NCBI GenBank assembly: GCA_049999805.1
Contig: JBNGIO010006348.1
Location: 29,821 to 93,820, forward strand
Length of the DNA: 64,000 nt
Reading direction: 5' to 3'
From: Folioceros fuciformis
Taxonomy: Eukaryota
The notes below the pieces were generated by a model. The model made no database searches, was not told the origin of the DNA, and saw only the letters and a program-made list of their open reading frames with translations. This document shows, piece after piece, positions 1 through 13,603 of the stretch. Numbering within the stretch: the first letter of the stretch is position 1; every line of letters begins with the position of its first letter. Position numbers and translations under genes: made by a program.

Positions 1-2480
1 TGCATCCTAGACAACCTCTTACTCCTGAGGGAAGCTAAGTACAACACACAAGTACAGAAGAAAGCCGCCGTTTTCATCTCCCTTGATTTTTACAAGGCGT
101 ATGATTCAGTTGAGTGGCACTTCCTGTGGCGTTGCTTGCGTAGTTTCGGGTTCAGGAATAACTTCTGCACATGGATAGCCATTCTGTGTGAAGACGCAGG
201 TGCCACGGTGTCTGTTAATGGATCCTTTATGAAGCGCTTTGGCACCTCTCGGTCGGTACGTCAGGGTTGCCCCCTTGCTCCATTCTTATTTATTATCGTT
301 ACTGACTTCTTCCTTAGAGCAGTCAAGCAAGACCCGGCAATGGTGGGTATTCAGAACCTAGATGGAACACAACTAAGGGTCTCTGCATTTGCAGATGATA
401 CGCTCCTCTTTTCCTTGGCGGAGGAGGCTCCATTGAAAGCGTTGCTCCAACAGGTCAAGGTCTTTGGTGAACTCTCGGGCTGCAAGGTAAATTGGAACAA
501 GATGCAAATGATGTGTCTTCACATGGAGGGGGAACCCCCTCAGTGTATTAACCACATCAAGCAAGTGACCCTGGGCTCTACCCACAAGTATTTGGGACTT
601 CCTTTTCAAGAGGGGGAGGAGAATGGGGAGATTGGGAAGTATGTTTGCCTCAGGTTCATTCGCAAAGCGGCTAGTTTATAATTGCTGGAGCTCAACTTGG
701 CAGGTAGGCTAGTGATGATCAACCATATCCTTACAGCCTCTTTATGGTACTTTCTATTTTTGTGGGCGCCTTCTAAGACAGAGGTGAAGCGCTTACAACA
801 GGTGCTGACCTCTTTCCTGTGGAAACGTTTGGGGGATGGTATGGCTGGGTGTTCTAAAGTGGCTTGGTAGCATATTATTCAGGAGCGTGGAATGGGGGCC
901 TAGGGGTGGTGGACCCAGTTGCCAAGATGAAAGTTTTGCATGCTCAATGGGTTGTCAGGGCAGCGGATCCGGCATACTACCCTTGGAAGAGTCTGCTAAC
1001 ACAGCACTTGGACAGCACCCAAGCTGTCCCCAGGGGTAGGAGGTCTATTGACAACATTCTGGCTGACAAACTGCTATTGGATACTGCAGGATGCTCCCCG
1101 CTCTTTAAGTCCATCTGGAACATATACTTGGAGGTCAAACATTATCTTATCCCGGGCACCTTCTCTCATTTGGATGATGTTCTGGGCATTCCTCTGTAGG
1201 GCTTCTCAAGGTTATGGGTACGGGAGTTCAGGTTAAGGGTATATCGGTTACAAATTTTCGGGCTGGCTTGTCGCAAAGGCGTTATCCAGCTTGGGCATTT
1301 ATGGAATAGATCAGTGTCCCGTTGGAAGGAGGTGGAAGAGGTCAGAAGGGAGTTTGGCATAGGGGCTCGGCACGTCAGACTCATATTCTCGTGCTTGCAC
1401 GAGGGGCTAGAGGAAAAGGTGCATCAGATCCTAAGGCAACAACCTACCATAGGCAAGGAAGGGAGGTTTGCTTACTCCATGGATAGTAGGGGAGTCGACT
1501 CGGAGGAGGAGGATGAACAGGACGAAGCATTAGCGCTAGACAGGGCGATTTGGCTTGCGAGAGCGGCAAAGAGACGTTGAAGTCATTCAAGGTCTTGTCG
1601 CCTGACGGCTCTCTGGAAGTGCAAGGTAGGGACGACGGTGAAGGCCGAGGGGGGGAACTGCGGGCTATTACTGTAATCTGTAGGTCCGTTCGGGCAGGGC
1701 GATGGTGCACGTCTGGCGAACACCCAATTGGGCCACGAACCTCTGATAAAGCAAAGGTTCTGTGCTGGTTCCGATTGGGTGAAAACTGGGCTCTAACCTT
1801 TAGACTAGATCTCTACAGGTGGCCCAAGTGTCCGGGGTGCAAGAAAGCTACTTCTCGATCTTTTTTCAACTTCCCAACGGCGGACCTTTTCCTTTGGTTG
1901 GTGCGAGCGCAGAAAATCAAGCAAAGACAACCAATGGCTCCCCGATTGAGGTTAGCTGGACGGCGCCAAAAGGAAGCCATCAAGCTCCTATGGCACTCCG
2001 CAGGAGTCCCTCCCAAGGTCAGGTTTACAGTTTGGTGTTTCTTTCAAGCTTGTTTGCCTGATGCAGATCGTTGGGATGGGCTTCTTGTTGCAATGGGGGA
2101 GGACGTGTGTCGATTGTGCACCGCTGGTGCCCCGAACAAGAGTCAACACATGTTCTTTCACTGCTGCTTTGCCCAAGAGATCTGGGGGGAGGTGGACTTC
2201 GATTGATTTTTCCTGGAGCTAACCTCAGGATCACGAGTCAATCAGCCATATTTGGGCTGGACGCAGCCTCGGGCAAACCTCTCCTGAAGGCCCAATGGTG
2301 GAGCTTACTTTGGTCCTCTTGTCTTTTCTATCTCGAGGATAGGAGTCAGATTCAGTGAAAGCTCTATTATGGTGCATATGGGAGCATTTATTGATTGTAG
2401 CAGAAGCCTTGGAGCAATCACGCCGGAAGCAATTTAAGTGGAAAGACTGGAGGATGGTCGGCTTCCTTTCGCCTGGGAAA
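1..2480 (+). mobile_element. Degenerate L1/Tx1-type LINE retrotransposon ORF2 fragment (reverse transcriptase plus zf-RVT), cut by the window start
   Basis: Frame 1 from base 1 reads ILDNLLL...SLDFYKAYDSVEW...SVRQGCPLAPFLF...SAFADD...KVNWNK...KYLG. Downstream are KVAW/GGLGV and a C-terminal CRLC...HMFFHCCFAQEIW zinc knuckle. Interrupted by stops (679-681, 868-870, 1197-1199) and frameshifts. The 3' end is approximate. Confidence 0.92.
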
Positions 2481-2899
2481 GATACGGGTTGGAATCACTC
2501 GTGCCCGTGGGGAAGGTGAGCCTTTAGGATCTTTGAGAAACTTCGAAGTGTGTGTATCAGTGGTTTAGGCAGGCGGCGGGTACCATAGTGTAGGGGAGCA
2601 CTCTCTGTGCGCCTTGTCTTGAGTTTTGGACTTAAGGATAGTACTCCTCCCTCTCTTTTGGTGCTCGATATATGTACATTCGTTAGCTGAGGGTTCCCAT
2701 TGTATTGTAAGTGGGAGGAGTCTTCCACTCATAATCAGAATTATTTTCTTCACGAAAAACAATTTGGTTTCTTTTTGTTCAGAACAGTTGAAGGGAGGCA
2801 TGTGGAAGGTAGGGTTTCCTGGGCAAGTGCCCATGGTAGGTAGTGAGCGGTTGCTGAAGGTTTTTATGGATTTTTTTTAGTTTTATTCTGGTAGGTTTG

Positions 2900-4130
2900 G
2901 ATAAGAAGATACCTACGTAGTAGAATGTTTACCTACATACGTAGAGAGGGTACCTACATGGGGAAAATGGAAGATACCTACGTAGGTAGGGAAGGTACTT
3001 ATACGGTAGACACCCCACCTACGACAATGGGGTAGGCAGCCTACCTACGATAATGGGTGGAAATGGTAGGGAACCTACCTACGAAGGGGACATCCTCACC
3101 CTCCGTAGGGAAGGAACCTTAAGTTGAAGAACAAGTGGATCCCTTCCCTACTGAACCTGTAGGTGGTGGTAAAGGGATGCCCCAAGAGATCCACACAGAG
3201 GAAGGTACAATGGAAGCTCGTGGATCCAAGAGAAGACAGAGCCCAATAATGGAGAGGGGCCCAGTAGCTAAATGTTCGAACTCTGCCTCCCTTCAGGAGT
3301 AGTCCTAGCCACACCTTTTTGGAGAGAGGGTGAACGAATCTTCTATGGCAGCGCCGATAGTCCTGATCTTCAGCAGCGCGCACTGCCCTCGTAATTATTG
3401 GTAGGACTTAGCCTCTTTGTAGGTGTGAGCAGTTAACGTTGGTAGCGCCTAGTGTGAGAGACGAGTAGCCCACCACCTACATGTAGGAGAGGGTTCATAT
3501 GTCGATCTCTCTTATAAGGAGGGGCTACACAAAGAAATGAACTACTACATTCTGCACTCTTCTCATGGTGAGTTCTCATGCTCAGCATAGCGTAGGAATC
3601 TCGTTGCCGGTTGTGTGCCATCACAGTGCCTGGTTGTGGCTAGAGTTGCAGTGGTCGAAGTGCTTGGTGGAGGGCTCATATTCTTCCATGGGCACCCCTG
3701 CAAGTTGATTCCCTCGTGAATGGTTGTTGTGCTGCTGTAAGTGTGTGGCAATACCTGTGTGACTGTTGGCTTGAGGGTAGACTCTAGGGAAGACTCCCTT
3801 GAAGTTCTCGCTAACAGGCATAAGCACACAGCAACCGGCCCAAGGAAAAACGTGTTGGTCGTTGGATGTAGGGAGACGAGTCGTTGGATCGTAGTGGAAG
3901 GTGTTGTAAGGAGACTTGTGAGGAAAGAGGTATTGGGTGTAGGTAGTTAGAAATCGGTAGTGGGAGGTACTAGGGCCTTTCCAAGTGAAGGAATGGTGCC
4001 TTCCTACTAACTGGACGTGTTGAAGGTATGCACTAGGGAAGGTTGAATGTCGTAGATGAACTATAAACACAGTTGGAGGAAGTTGACCAGGCAATTCGGA
4101 GGGGAGCAATTCCGGGGAAGCCTACAACGA
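2900..4130 (-). mobile_element. Probable heavily decayed Ty3/gypsy (chromovirus-like) 3' fragment: integrase C-terminus plus LTR-like sequence
   Basis: ORF 3621-4109 has WKGP...YLFP...YNTFH then G.PMEE.EP..HFDHC, the order expected for a GPY/F module followed by a chromodomain. A purine tract followed by TGTAG lies near 3565-3545 on the minus strand, and TACCTAC subrepeats occur at 2908-3082. All motifs are degenerate. Confidence 0.35.
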
Positions 4131-5522
4131 CCATGGGATTGATGTGACCACGATACATGTGAGCGGGTGCCCGGTATGGGTACCATACCCACTTGCCCAC
4201 AAAGTAGTGAGAACGTTAACTTATTTTGCATCTTGAGATGTTTGGTATAGGCCTAGCTCCAAGTGTAGATATATCTATTTCATTTTAGCTAGGCCCGACT
4301 TCAAGTGTAGATAATATACATTTCATTCTAGCATGACATGTGGATCAAGAATATGAGGTGATTGAAAATATTTTTGTGTGAAAGTATAAAAGACAAACAC
4401 AATAAAAATTGAAGATCAATAATAATTTTAGGACTACTAATTAAACCACTTTCTCCTCTGGATGCTTTCTACTTTGTGGATTGTCTTCACAACCACCCTC
4501 CAATCCTTGAAGCACAACTAATATAAATTTTTTTTTGTCCACTGTCCTAGTGCTCTTGTTTTAAAATCAATTAGATTAATATGTTCTTAAACTTTTGGCT
4601 AACACTAACACAAACCACCATGTGCTCCTTGGATATCTTAAGTGCGTAAATTTAAATTATACGCTCCTCATTGGATGCCATCCACTCCAAACCTAAGATA
4701 ATTTCATATCATCCATACTCATAACATATATTTGAAACTCACTCCTTTTCTATAGTGTAACTTTACTTCATGCAATTCCCAAAAATTGCATTACACAACC
4801 TCTTTAATTTTTAGATAGTATTTTAGCCCAAGCGACTGCAAAATCCTAAAACAACTCTAGTTGGATCTCCATCTGCCTGGAGATAGGTGAGTGGATTTCC
4901 CAACCGAGCTTGCTTCAGTGTATCCCTAGGGCGTTTAGTGATGAGAAGGCGCGAAAAGCCTTCTGTCCTGTGAACTCGGGTACCAGGAAGTGGGAAGAGG
5001 AAGAAACGGTAGAAATTAAAAGACGGTCGTATCTGCGCCAACTCACGAGTCGATGCCGACCTCAGCGCGGCAGCGGGGGTCTTACGTTTTCAAGGACGTC
5101 CTATCACGTCCCCTGGGAGGACAAATTCCTCCTGTCATGTCGCCGTCGAATTAAGAAAGCAGGTATGAAAACCCTTTGCACAGAAACGTCAGTGCATCCT
5201 GTCCAAGCGGCGCAGGACTGTACATTCAGCGGCGAGGCCTGATAGCAGATTTGTTTGATCACCGGTCCAAGTCTCGACACCCTACTGTCCATTGGTGTAC
5301 AATGCATGCAAGCCAGAAACTTGAAAGCGCGGGAATAGAATCATCTAACCAGGCCGTGCAGGCTCACCAAATCCCACCACATACCGGCCCGAGCGTTCCG
5401 ACTCGCTGGTAGGGACCCTAGAACCTTCCGCACTGGCCATGGTGTTCGGAGAAGAGATCTAGCAGGGAGGGGTGGCAGAGTTATCGGTCCCGAAGACTGG
5501 GCGAGAGCCAGAAGCTGCAGCG

Positions 5523-7461
5523 ATGAAGGTCCAGGGACGCAAAGCTAAGGCGGTGGACGAGGATGAGAGGAGGCTGAATGAGCTGGGATACGAGCAGCAG
5601 TACAGGCGTGTGATGAGCCCGTTCGAGCAATGGGCTTACACCTTCTCCTACACCGCGCCTCTGGGATTCGTGACCGGCTACTACGGCTACATGTACTCCT
5701 ACGGCGGGCCTGTCACCATTTTCTGGGGATTCCTGGCCACCGCCATCGGCACTCTCATGATGGCGTTTGCAATGTCGGAGGTGATCAGCGCGTATCCCAC
5801 TCTGGGGAGCGTGTATTACTGGGTAGCCCAGCTGGTGCCCAGGAAGCACGCTGCCTGGTCTGCCTGGTTCGTGGGATGGGTGTATCTGGTGGGTTCCTTC
5901 TGTGGAACCGCCTTGAACGAGTACCTGCTGGCGCAGCTGGTAGCCACCATGATCCTGCTGGGAACCGGAGGGGCGCAGGGCGGGGGATATCAGCTTTCCA
6001 ATGGTCAGGTAATTACACTAACAAGTTTCACCAAGGCCAAGGTTTGTTTGTTACAGTGCTGCACCTGCTCTCTCGCATTGGTTCATGTCAGCTCGGATTG
6101 GATGTCATGTATCATGGCAGATTGCAGGCGTGACCGCGGGGCTCTTTTTCTTGCACTTCTTCGTCAGCATTGTGAGCACCAGGTGGCTGGGTCGGCTGAG
6201 CTCAGCGGGCGCCTGGTTCCAGATCATGTCCATCGTGGCCATCGTGGTGACGCTACTGGTCATCTCCCCCAAATACCAGAGTGCCAAATTTGTGTTCACG
6301 CATTTTGTGAAGTCGCCAGGGAACGGGATCCAGTCCGCGGTGCTAGTTGTGCTGCTGGGCCTGCCTTACTTCCAGTCCATTCTGACGGGGTTTGAGGTCG
6401 GGTCGCACGTGGTGGAGGAGGTGACCACGGCTGCCGTGGCTGGACCCAGGGCCATGATCCGCTCTGTCTACGTCACGGCTGGGGTGGAGGTCGTGCTTCT
6501 GCTTGTCATGACCTTCTGCATCCAGAATCCGGATAACGTGCTTGGGGAGGATACCGCCACTGGTGACAAACAGCTTGAAGTTTGCATTCCATAGCAGATA
6601 GCTGAGCTCTTCAACCCGTGTCTGCATTCCTACGATCTGGTCTTAAGAGTTGTTAAAATTGACAATGTGCAGGAGGAGGAGACACGTCTGCTGGAAGCCA
6701 AGTCTTCTACGATGCCTTCCACGGAAGGTTCGGAGACGGCACAGTGGGATCCGTTGCCTTCACCGGGCTCGCTGCAATCTCTCTCTTCTTCGGGAACATC
6801 ACCAATGTCACCCTTACAGCCAGGATGGTAAGCCAGTGTTTAGGTGAAGCACATCGGTGGCTGTGCCAAGCCAGGATCCGGATAATATGCTTGTTCTTGT
6901 CTGATTTTGTATCTGTAACAACATCATCTGCAGATCTACGCCATGGCCCGAGATGTGGCGCTCCCCTTCCACGCTCACCTGGTAACGCTGACTCCGGTCC
7001 ACAAGATACCAGTAAATGCCACAGTAGTGACAGTCATCGGCTCCTTCGTCTGCACGCTGCCCAGCCTCGGGAGCAGTGTTGCCTTCACCGCCATCACAGC
7101 CATGTCCACCATCACCGCCTACGGGCCGTACACCGTCATCCTGGCCTGCCGGCACATGTTCAACAACGGCTTTGTGTCGGGGCCCTTCTCATTGGGCCGG
7201 TGGAGCATCTTCATTGGAGGGTGGGGAGCACTGTGGGGCGCCGCCATGTCCATTCTCTTCTGCTTGCCTCCTGAGTATCCAGTCACCGGCTCCAACCTCA
7301 ACTACGCCGCCATCAGCATGGCTGGATGCATCGGCTTTGGTGTCGTCTACTGGTTCGCTGTGGCAAAGCACCAGTTCCAAGGTCCCAAGCGCGTGGTAGA
7401 GCAGGACAACGCCGATCTGGAAGCAAGCTTACGACGCCGGCTGGCTGCGGGACTGAAGTGA
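5523..7461 (+). CDS. APC-superfamily amino acid/GABA permease (BAT1/ACT-like), 4 exons
   Basis: DERRLNELGYEQQYRR, YGGP...WG, MSEVISAYPTLGSVYYW, ARMIYAMARD.ALPF, GPFSLGRW, NLNYA, FQGPK. Introns 6009-6120, 6563-6672 and 6828-6933 join the ORF fragments in frame. Confidence 0.92.
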
Positions 7462-7500
7462 CACTGAATCAATCCTCCGTCCGACGTCCGTACGCTCCAT

Positions 7501-7557
7501 CAAGACGCCTCCTACTTCCCAAGACGTCTCCTACTTCCCAAGACGTCTCCTACTTCC
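7501..7557. repeat. 19-bp tandem repeat x3 (CAAGACGYCTCCTACTTCC)
   Basis: Copies at 7501-7519, 7520-7538 and 7539-7557, with one mismatch. Lies in the permease 3' region. Confidence 0.95.
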
Positions 7558-8565
7558 GAAGCATGTAAGACTCGGTCGCAAGCCAGACTGCAAATAAAAA
7601 CCTGCATCGTCAACCACGCTAGACACCGTCACATAGGCCACAACTTCCCAGGCTTCCATGTTGCGAAGGCACGCAAGTCCCTCAAGTCAAGAAGCAAGTC
7701 CATCCAACATACCAATCAAGGGTGAAATACTTGAGGGCAACCGGACAGCCATCACAGTTCACGAATACTTCATGAGAACAGTTCCTGATCTCTTCCACTG
7801 CCGTCGCAGAGACGATATGAAGAACCACTCGCTCCCGTTTACCGGGCTCCAGAATCTGCTAACAGCACGCTGTTGATGAACTGGTGTGCCAGAAGACGGT
7901 AGGGAATGGTTTAAGACCAGGAGTTGGAATGCTTTCAGGGTGTGAAACCCGTGAGGCAACCTCGCGGAACCCGCTGAGAGACCTTTGTGAATCATTTGGC
8001 AGTGAGGACAAGGACATGTATCTGTTCTTGGCTCCCACTCCAGACGCATTGCACGGGTAACATTTCTTCCACAGATACCCTCCAACATAACTGCAAGCAA
8101 TGCAGGTTTGCTGTCACTAGCCTGAACCAGAGAGGTCCCTTCAGCTGTCTCCTGGACACCTTCCACCGGCTTCGACCCAGCTCACAACATAGTTCATTAC
8201 GTGGCTGCAAAGGAGTCTGGTGGCACGCCGGAAACACATCCATGCTGTTAGAAAGCTCCACTGCGGATAACTGGCTAGCGTAACGCGGACTGTCCTCACG
8301 GCATTGGTGATCCCCACACGGCTTCCACATCACTCCATGAGAGGTGGTCAGGAGGATCCGCATGCTTGCATCCAGAATCCAGAAAAGGGAATCAATTAAA
8401 GGCACGTACTTGGTTTTCTTCTTATGCATGAATGATATCTACATTAGGGCTCATTTTCGCTACTCTGATTTCCCATGAGTTGTGGCACGTAGGAAACGCA
8501 CTCTGCCGCCCATTCAAGGCTTTCACTGTCAAAAATTCTTCTGTTGCCGGGTGATTTGCACAAAC

Positions 8566-11500
8566 CTAGTATCTAATGCCTCTCAACCAAATCCACTTCT
8601 GGAAGTTCTGGAAGGTTCCCTTGAAAAGCTCCACCAAACTGGAAGGCCACCCTGACACTTCGACCACGTCTTCTAACAGCCATTGGAAATCAGTCACTGC
8701 TGTGTCACTCAGAGGCTCCAGGAACTCACTTTTGGCAAGGACATTCTCTGGAACTGAGCCCTGCACTGAGTACTTGTCATGGGTTTCTCCCACCTCCACA
8801 GGGTATATTTCTGGTGCCTCCATATATGCAACATCATCCCTCGCAGTCTGCTGCACATTCTCGCTTTCAGGCTCCCCGACATCACTTTGTGAAAGGACAT
8901 CGTCCCCAGCCACGGAGCTGCCCGCAGTTGCTCTTGTGGACAAATCATCGCCCTGCATCTCTGCTCGGGGAAGAGCCAGGGGAGATGCTCCAACAAACAC
9001 ATCTTGCTCAAAGGAGAGCGCCCGAGCCGGTTGCAGGCAAAAATCAAACCACTGTTGGACCAACGGAGAAGGACCTCTTATTCGGCCACCAGCTTTGTCA
9101 GAATTGATGCTGCTAGCGGCAGGGATCGCCTGAAGAACATTGCCAGGGATCAGCTTGATGAGACAGGTGGATATCACACAAGAAGCCATTGGCAGAATCA
9201 AGGCCTTACCCACAGGTCAGCCCACAAGCTAGTTCCAGAATAAGGGACCACCACTTGAATATTCGATGTACGCTTGGCAAAAGGGATCACATCACTCGAC
9301 CAGCCTACAGCAACCCACACGTCACCAGCTCCCAAAGCTTTCAAGTACTGGTCACTGTCAAACAGACGGACCTGCATAACAAGCACACCGTCAAAAATTG
9401 CTGCCCTGATGATCCTAGCAGACCTCAGGGTAACAAAGCAAAACACCACAGCTCTAACGGGTCAAATACATGCTCGGTGCACAGAAACCACATCTATACC
9501 TGCTTTTGAAGGGCTAAAAACCGATCTTTAACAGCTTGCCTGCCTCCTGGAATATCCTTCTCAAAGTCATCGGTATTGAATGAACCACCAAGAGACTTCA
9601 GGACCACGCCAACCACCTCTCTCGGGGAGTCGACCATCGCAACCTTCTCCTCAAATTCTGGCTCAAACAAATCGCTCCAGTCCTGCATTACCGTAAAATG
9701 ATCAGGGTCCGTCCACCAACTAAATAAGCGCAAAACGAACGGGCATATCACCTTGAAGGGTGGCACGTGGAACTTCTTGAATTTATCGGTTCTATAAGCA
9801 ACCACTAAAGTTCCCCATCTATAAGGCACTCCCCAAATTTTTCCGTTGGGATCGAGCAACCCCTCCTCATTCCGTCGCAAAAGAGCCTAATACATCACGT
9901 TTCATCCCTGTCAATTATACAACAGGGTCAATGGTTTTCTACTATCTGTGTCTACTACCTGTGCTCACATACCTGCCATCTGGAGCCCAGACGGTGATAC
10001 CATTCATGCTCTTCAGCATTCTCAATGGGCTCAACAAGGCCACCAGCTACAGCAGTCCCAAGCCAAGAATCCCCAACTGTGACAAGGTCAGCAGCCATGG
10101 TAGAACGAGCAGTGAGCTGCTGCTTCTCCACAGATTCAGCAAGGCCCGCTAAAATGCCCTTCAGGCTGCTTTGGAACTCCATGGCTACTTTCACATTCTT
10201 GCCCTGTGTCTGCACAAAATCCTACAGCACCGAATTGGGCAAATATCTTAGACATCGACACCACTCTCGTCATCACGCACCAACTTAGACGGGCCATTCG
10301 AAAATCAGCAGCGAAATAACCAACCACGCATACCTTAAGCCAAACTGGCGGCACTGAACTGCGGAGGCCCACTATCTTAAGAGGAACCGTCAGGGCATAA
10401 GGCTTAGCCATCCACTCTTCATATGCTTGGCGAAGCTCGTTCTCTTCTTCAGGAAGTTCCCTGTTGGGATTCTCAGATGCTGGACCTAGCACCGGACACA
10501 TAAGACCATGAGACATTTGTAGCAATCCAGAGTCTAAGTCCACAAAAGAACACTACAAATTTGTAGGAAAAACAGAATCCAAGTTCAGCTTGTACACACA
10601 ATACGACAGGTGCTCTCACCAGAATTTTCCTGACCATCACTTCTAACAACCGACAATCTCTCTGCAACTTCAGATATTCCCGAAACGTCACCGCGCTGGA
10701 CCTCAGCTGCTCCCTCGATGTCCTCTATCTCATCTTCATCGTCACTATCATCTTCGTCATACTCTTCTGCTCCTAGATTTTCATCAATTAAGTCCTCTGA
10801 TTTATCCTCCGCCTTCTCATCATGGGGACTCTCGTTCGCTGCCTCTTGAGTGTCATCTTGCTCGTCGTCAACAGCTCCCTGTGGACCATCTTCAAGCTTT
10901 CCTTCAATAATCTCGACTTCACTCAACAGCTCCTGCTCAGAACCACGGGCACTTGTCTGAATGGGATCTCCAATGTCCCCCTCAACAGCCACTGAGGTTA
11001 CACTTTGGATGGACAAACTAGGGGCACCAGATTCCGCATCCAACTCCTCACTGGATTCCAATTCAGCCAAACCTCTGGTCGACTCGTTTGAAATCGGCTC
11101 AGCTAAACTAGACTTGATCTGCTCCACGCTGGGAGGCAGAGTCTCCACACTGGTCGCTGCAACTGAATCTCCAGATGTGACTGAAGTAATGGACGCAAAG
11201 CAAGGCACAGATCTCCTCTTCCAAAACTTATGTCCACCTGAGGCACTCAGCATGGCAGCTCCCAGGGCGAGTCCCACCAGCAGAGGAGCGAACGGATCCA
11301 ACAGAGTAGCATGCGTCATCCCCTGCGCTAAATCATTCCCACAGAATTTCCAGCATGATTAGACAACAAAACTCTAGCTCAAAAACTGAATTTGCGGTGA
11401 ATTCCATCCACGGAAGAGTTCTCCCTTAATCTACCTGTCTCTGGGGCTATTGGCAAAGCAATTTTCTCCGAATACTCAACTCCTTCATCTAGCTTGATCA

Positions 11501-11744
11501 AACCATCCGACTCCCGTTGTGATTGAACCGGCACCCTGGACTTCCGGCGCGCATGACGTCCATTTGCACACCGCCGAACAGAGAATCCTCCCAGCTTTCT
11601 CCCTGCTGCGAGCCCCGGAGGTGCGGCAGCGAAAGGACGACTGCCATTACGGTAACTGAATTGATGCCTCCCATGTGTAGAACAACCTCCGAGCTGCAGC
11701 TGAGTACCAGGAACCCCTACGAGTAGAGCTGAATTCATCGCCAT
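8566..11744 (-). CDS. ENF2: Plastid-targeted PotD/PotF-like (spermidine/putrescine-binding) protein, ENF2-like, multi-exon
   Basis: Exon peptides YALTVPLKIVGLRSSVPPVWLK, ADLVTVGDSWL, WGVPYRWGTLVVAY, DWSDL, VAMVDSPREVVG, YLKALGAGDVWVAVGWSSDVIP, SGTSLWADLW, GGRIRGPSPLVQQWFDFCLQ, SEFLEPLS. The N-terminus resembles a transit peptide. The start could be 11744 or 11738. Confidence 0.85.
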
Positions 11745-12075
11745 GGCGGTCAAAAGACAAGTCACTCAGGCACCAGGACGATGCCAAATGTCCATAGCGG
11801 AGCCCTAAAAGAATACCGCCGTCCTCCCTATGCTTGTTCCCACCTCTGTAAAGCTATGCATTCAGTGGCGTTTCAGCGTTTCGCGGCTGTACAGATCCCT
11901 TTTGGTTGGTATCTGCAAGGTGGAAAGTCTGTTGAGTTACCCCTGTTCCCTTCGTCGAGAGTGTGGGAGATGGAAGATGCAACCAGAACGGACTTTCACA
12001 GATAGAGGACGTACTTGCCATTGAGAGAGATTATTTGACGCTTGGAACTGAGCTGTCTTAAGATTAAGAAGTAGA

Positions 12076-13170
12076 TTACATGGCGGGTACACCAAGTCCT
12101 GGTGTGGCGACTGCTAAGCACAGCGGTAGATCCCAAAATTGGGCAACCGAGACTGCGGATGTCAAAGAGACGACATACACACAGCAATCTAGAGTGACAC
12201 CTTGCACAGCTTCGAACACCGTCATCCACTTTTCCAGCTGATCACCCATCCGACTGACTGCATTCAGGGTGCGTGACAACTGATCATCTCCAGCCGCAGG
12301 CCGATCCCGTTCAATTCGAAGGACTTTGTTGGAAGCAGAAAAAAGGGCCCCCAACACTAAAGTAATGTCTGTGACTATGATGAGGGACAGGGGCCATCCA
12401 ACGCCCCCGAGCCACATGAATCTCTTGAAAGGATGCTCACATGGCAGCAAAGCCAGACCGAATACCACCAGACCGAGAAGAAGAGCAAAAACGGCCCTGG
12501 CCACCTCGGTTCCCCTGATAGACTGAGACCATGCCTTGCAAGATCTGACACCACTGATTCTCGATTTCAGCTCCTTCGTTGCCTGCTGATCTAGCTCTTG
12601 TTGAAACCCTACCCCACCTACAGAAGTAGGCAGTGGTGATGTGAGCTCCGGCTTAGCCTGGGCTGCCTCTTGCTCAGCACGGCCCAAGTCCAAGGCCTGC
12701 ATCTGAGACTGTACATCTTGCAGCAACCTGGAGGTGACTACGGCGTCGAATCCATGGATCGGAGAGGCAGGAAAACCTACGAGCCAACAAGACATCGTTC
12801 ACTCGCTGAGATCAAGAGGGAGGCATCCATCAACATGAGCAAAGCAAACGCTCCATTTCATCCCAGCAGCAGGACGCAATGACAGACAAGAAAACGCACC
12901 CGGAGCCGCCCTTCTAGCAGGTTCCTGCAACTGCCGCCATCCCTGAGTGAACTGCAGCACGCTGGTGGTGGTGCTGTCGAGCTCGGGAGCTGCAGGCTTG
13001 ATCTCCTCAGCTTGGAGGGCAAGCTCAGGCAGCTGCGGTTCGGGCTGGGGCTTGGATTCAGGCTCCCGACGCACGGCTGGCACCTGGCGCGCAATGTAGG
13101 CCAGGCGATTAGCGCCCCGCTCAAGAATCTTCCGCCGCCGAGCTTCCCTCTGCTCCTTAACTGACAGCAT
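12076..13170 (-). CDS. GET2/CAML-like ER receptor for tail-anchored proteins (G1IP-like), 2 exons
   Basis: Basic N-terminal motif REARRRKILERGANRLAYI and three C-terminal hydrophobic segments with D...Y.V in the last. An intron at about 12899-12778 keeps the frame. Confidence 0.75.
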
Positions 13171-13603
13171 GCTGCGCAGAGCTCAGAGTCACCAACGAAC
13201 TAGCTCCGGCCAGCATCACTGCGCTCAACCTCGATCAACTCCACTCGCGGCTGCTGCGCATGTAACCCTGGACATGTCAAGCTTCTCGGTAACGGAAAGA
13301 AATGGAAACGTTTGCAACCCGGCGTTTAATCGCATCCCATTAACATAACCACCTAAACGATGCCATGGATGTCACCGTGACGGGACAGTGGCCGCTTTCT
13401 TGGCTTTCCCGGACTGATTCGGCTCAACCTGTTGCGTTGCTCACGATGATGGCGCTTGGCATGCTTCCCAAGCTCACAAGCAGGGTTGTGATGTTCTTCT
13501 CCTCTCTTGCTCCTCCTCTCCGTCCCAGTCTTGCCCGAGTCTTGTACTCACAGGCTTTTAGGAGTCACAAGGCTGGCCAGCGGGGGAAGCAAGGACTCCG
13601 GTC

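Noticed and set aside
7600-8430. ORFs 7759-8166 and 7992-8429 (minus) as a gene
   Set aside because: No recognisable motifs or consistent splice structure. The region lies between convergent 3' ends.
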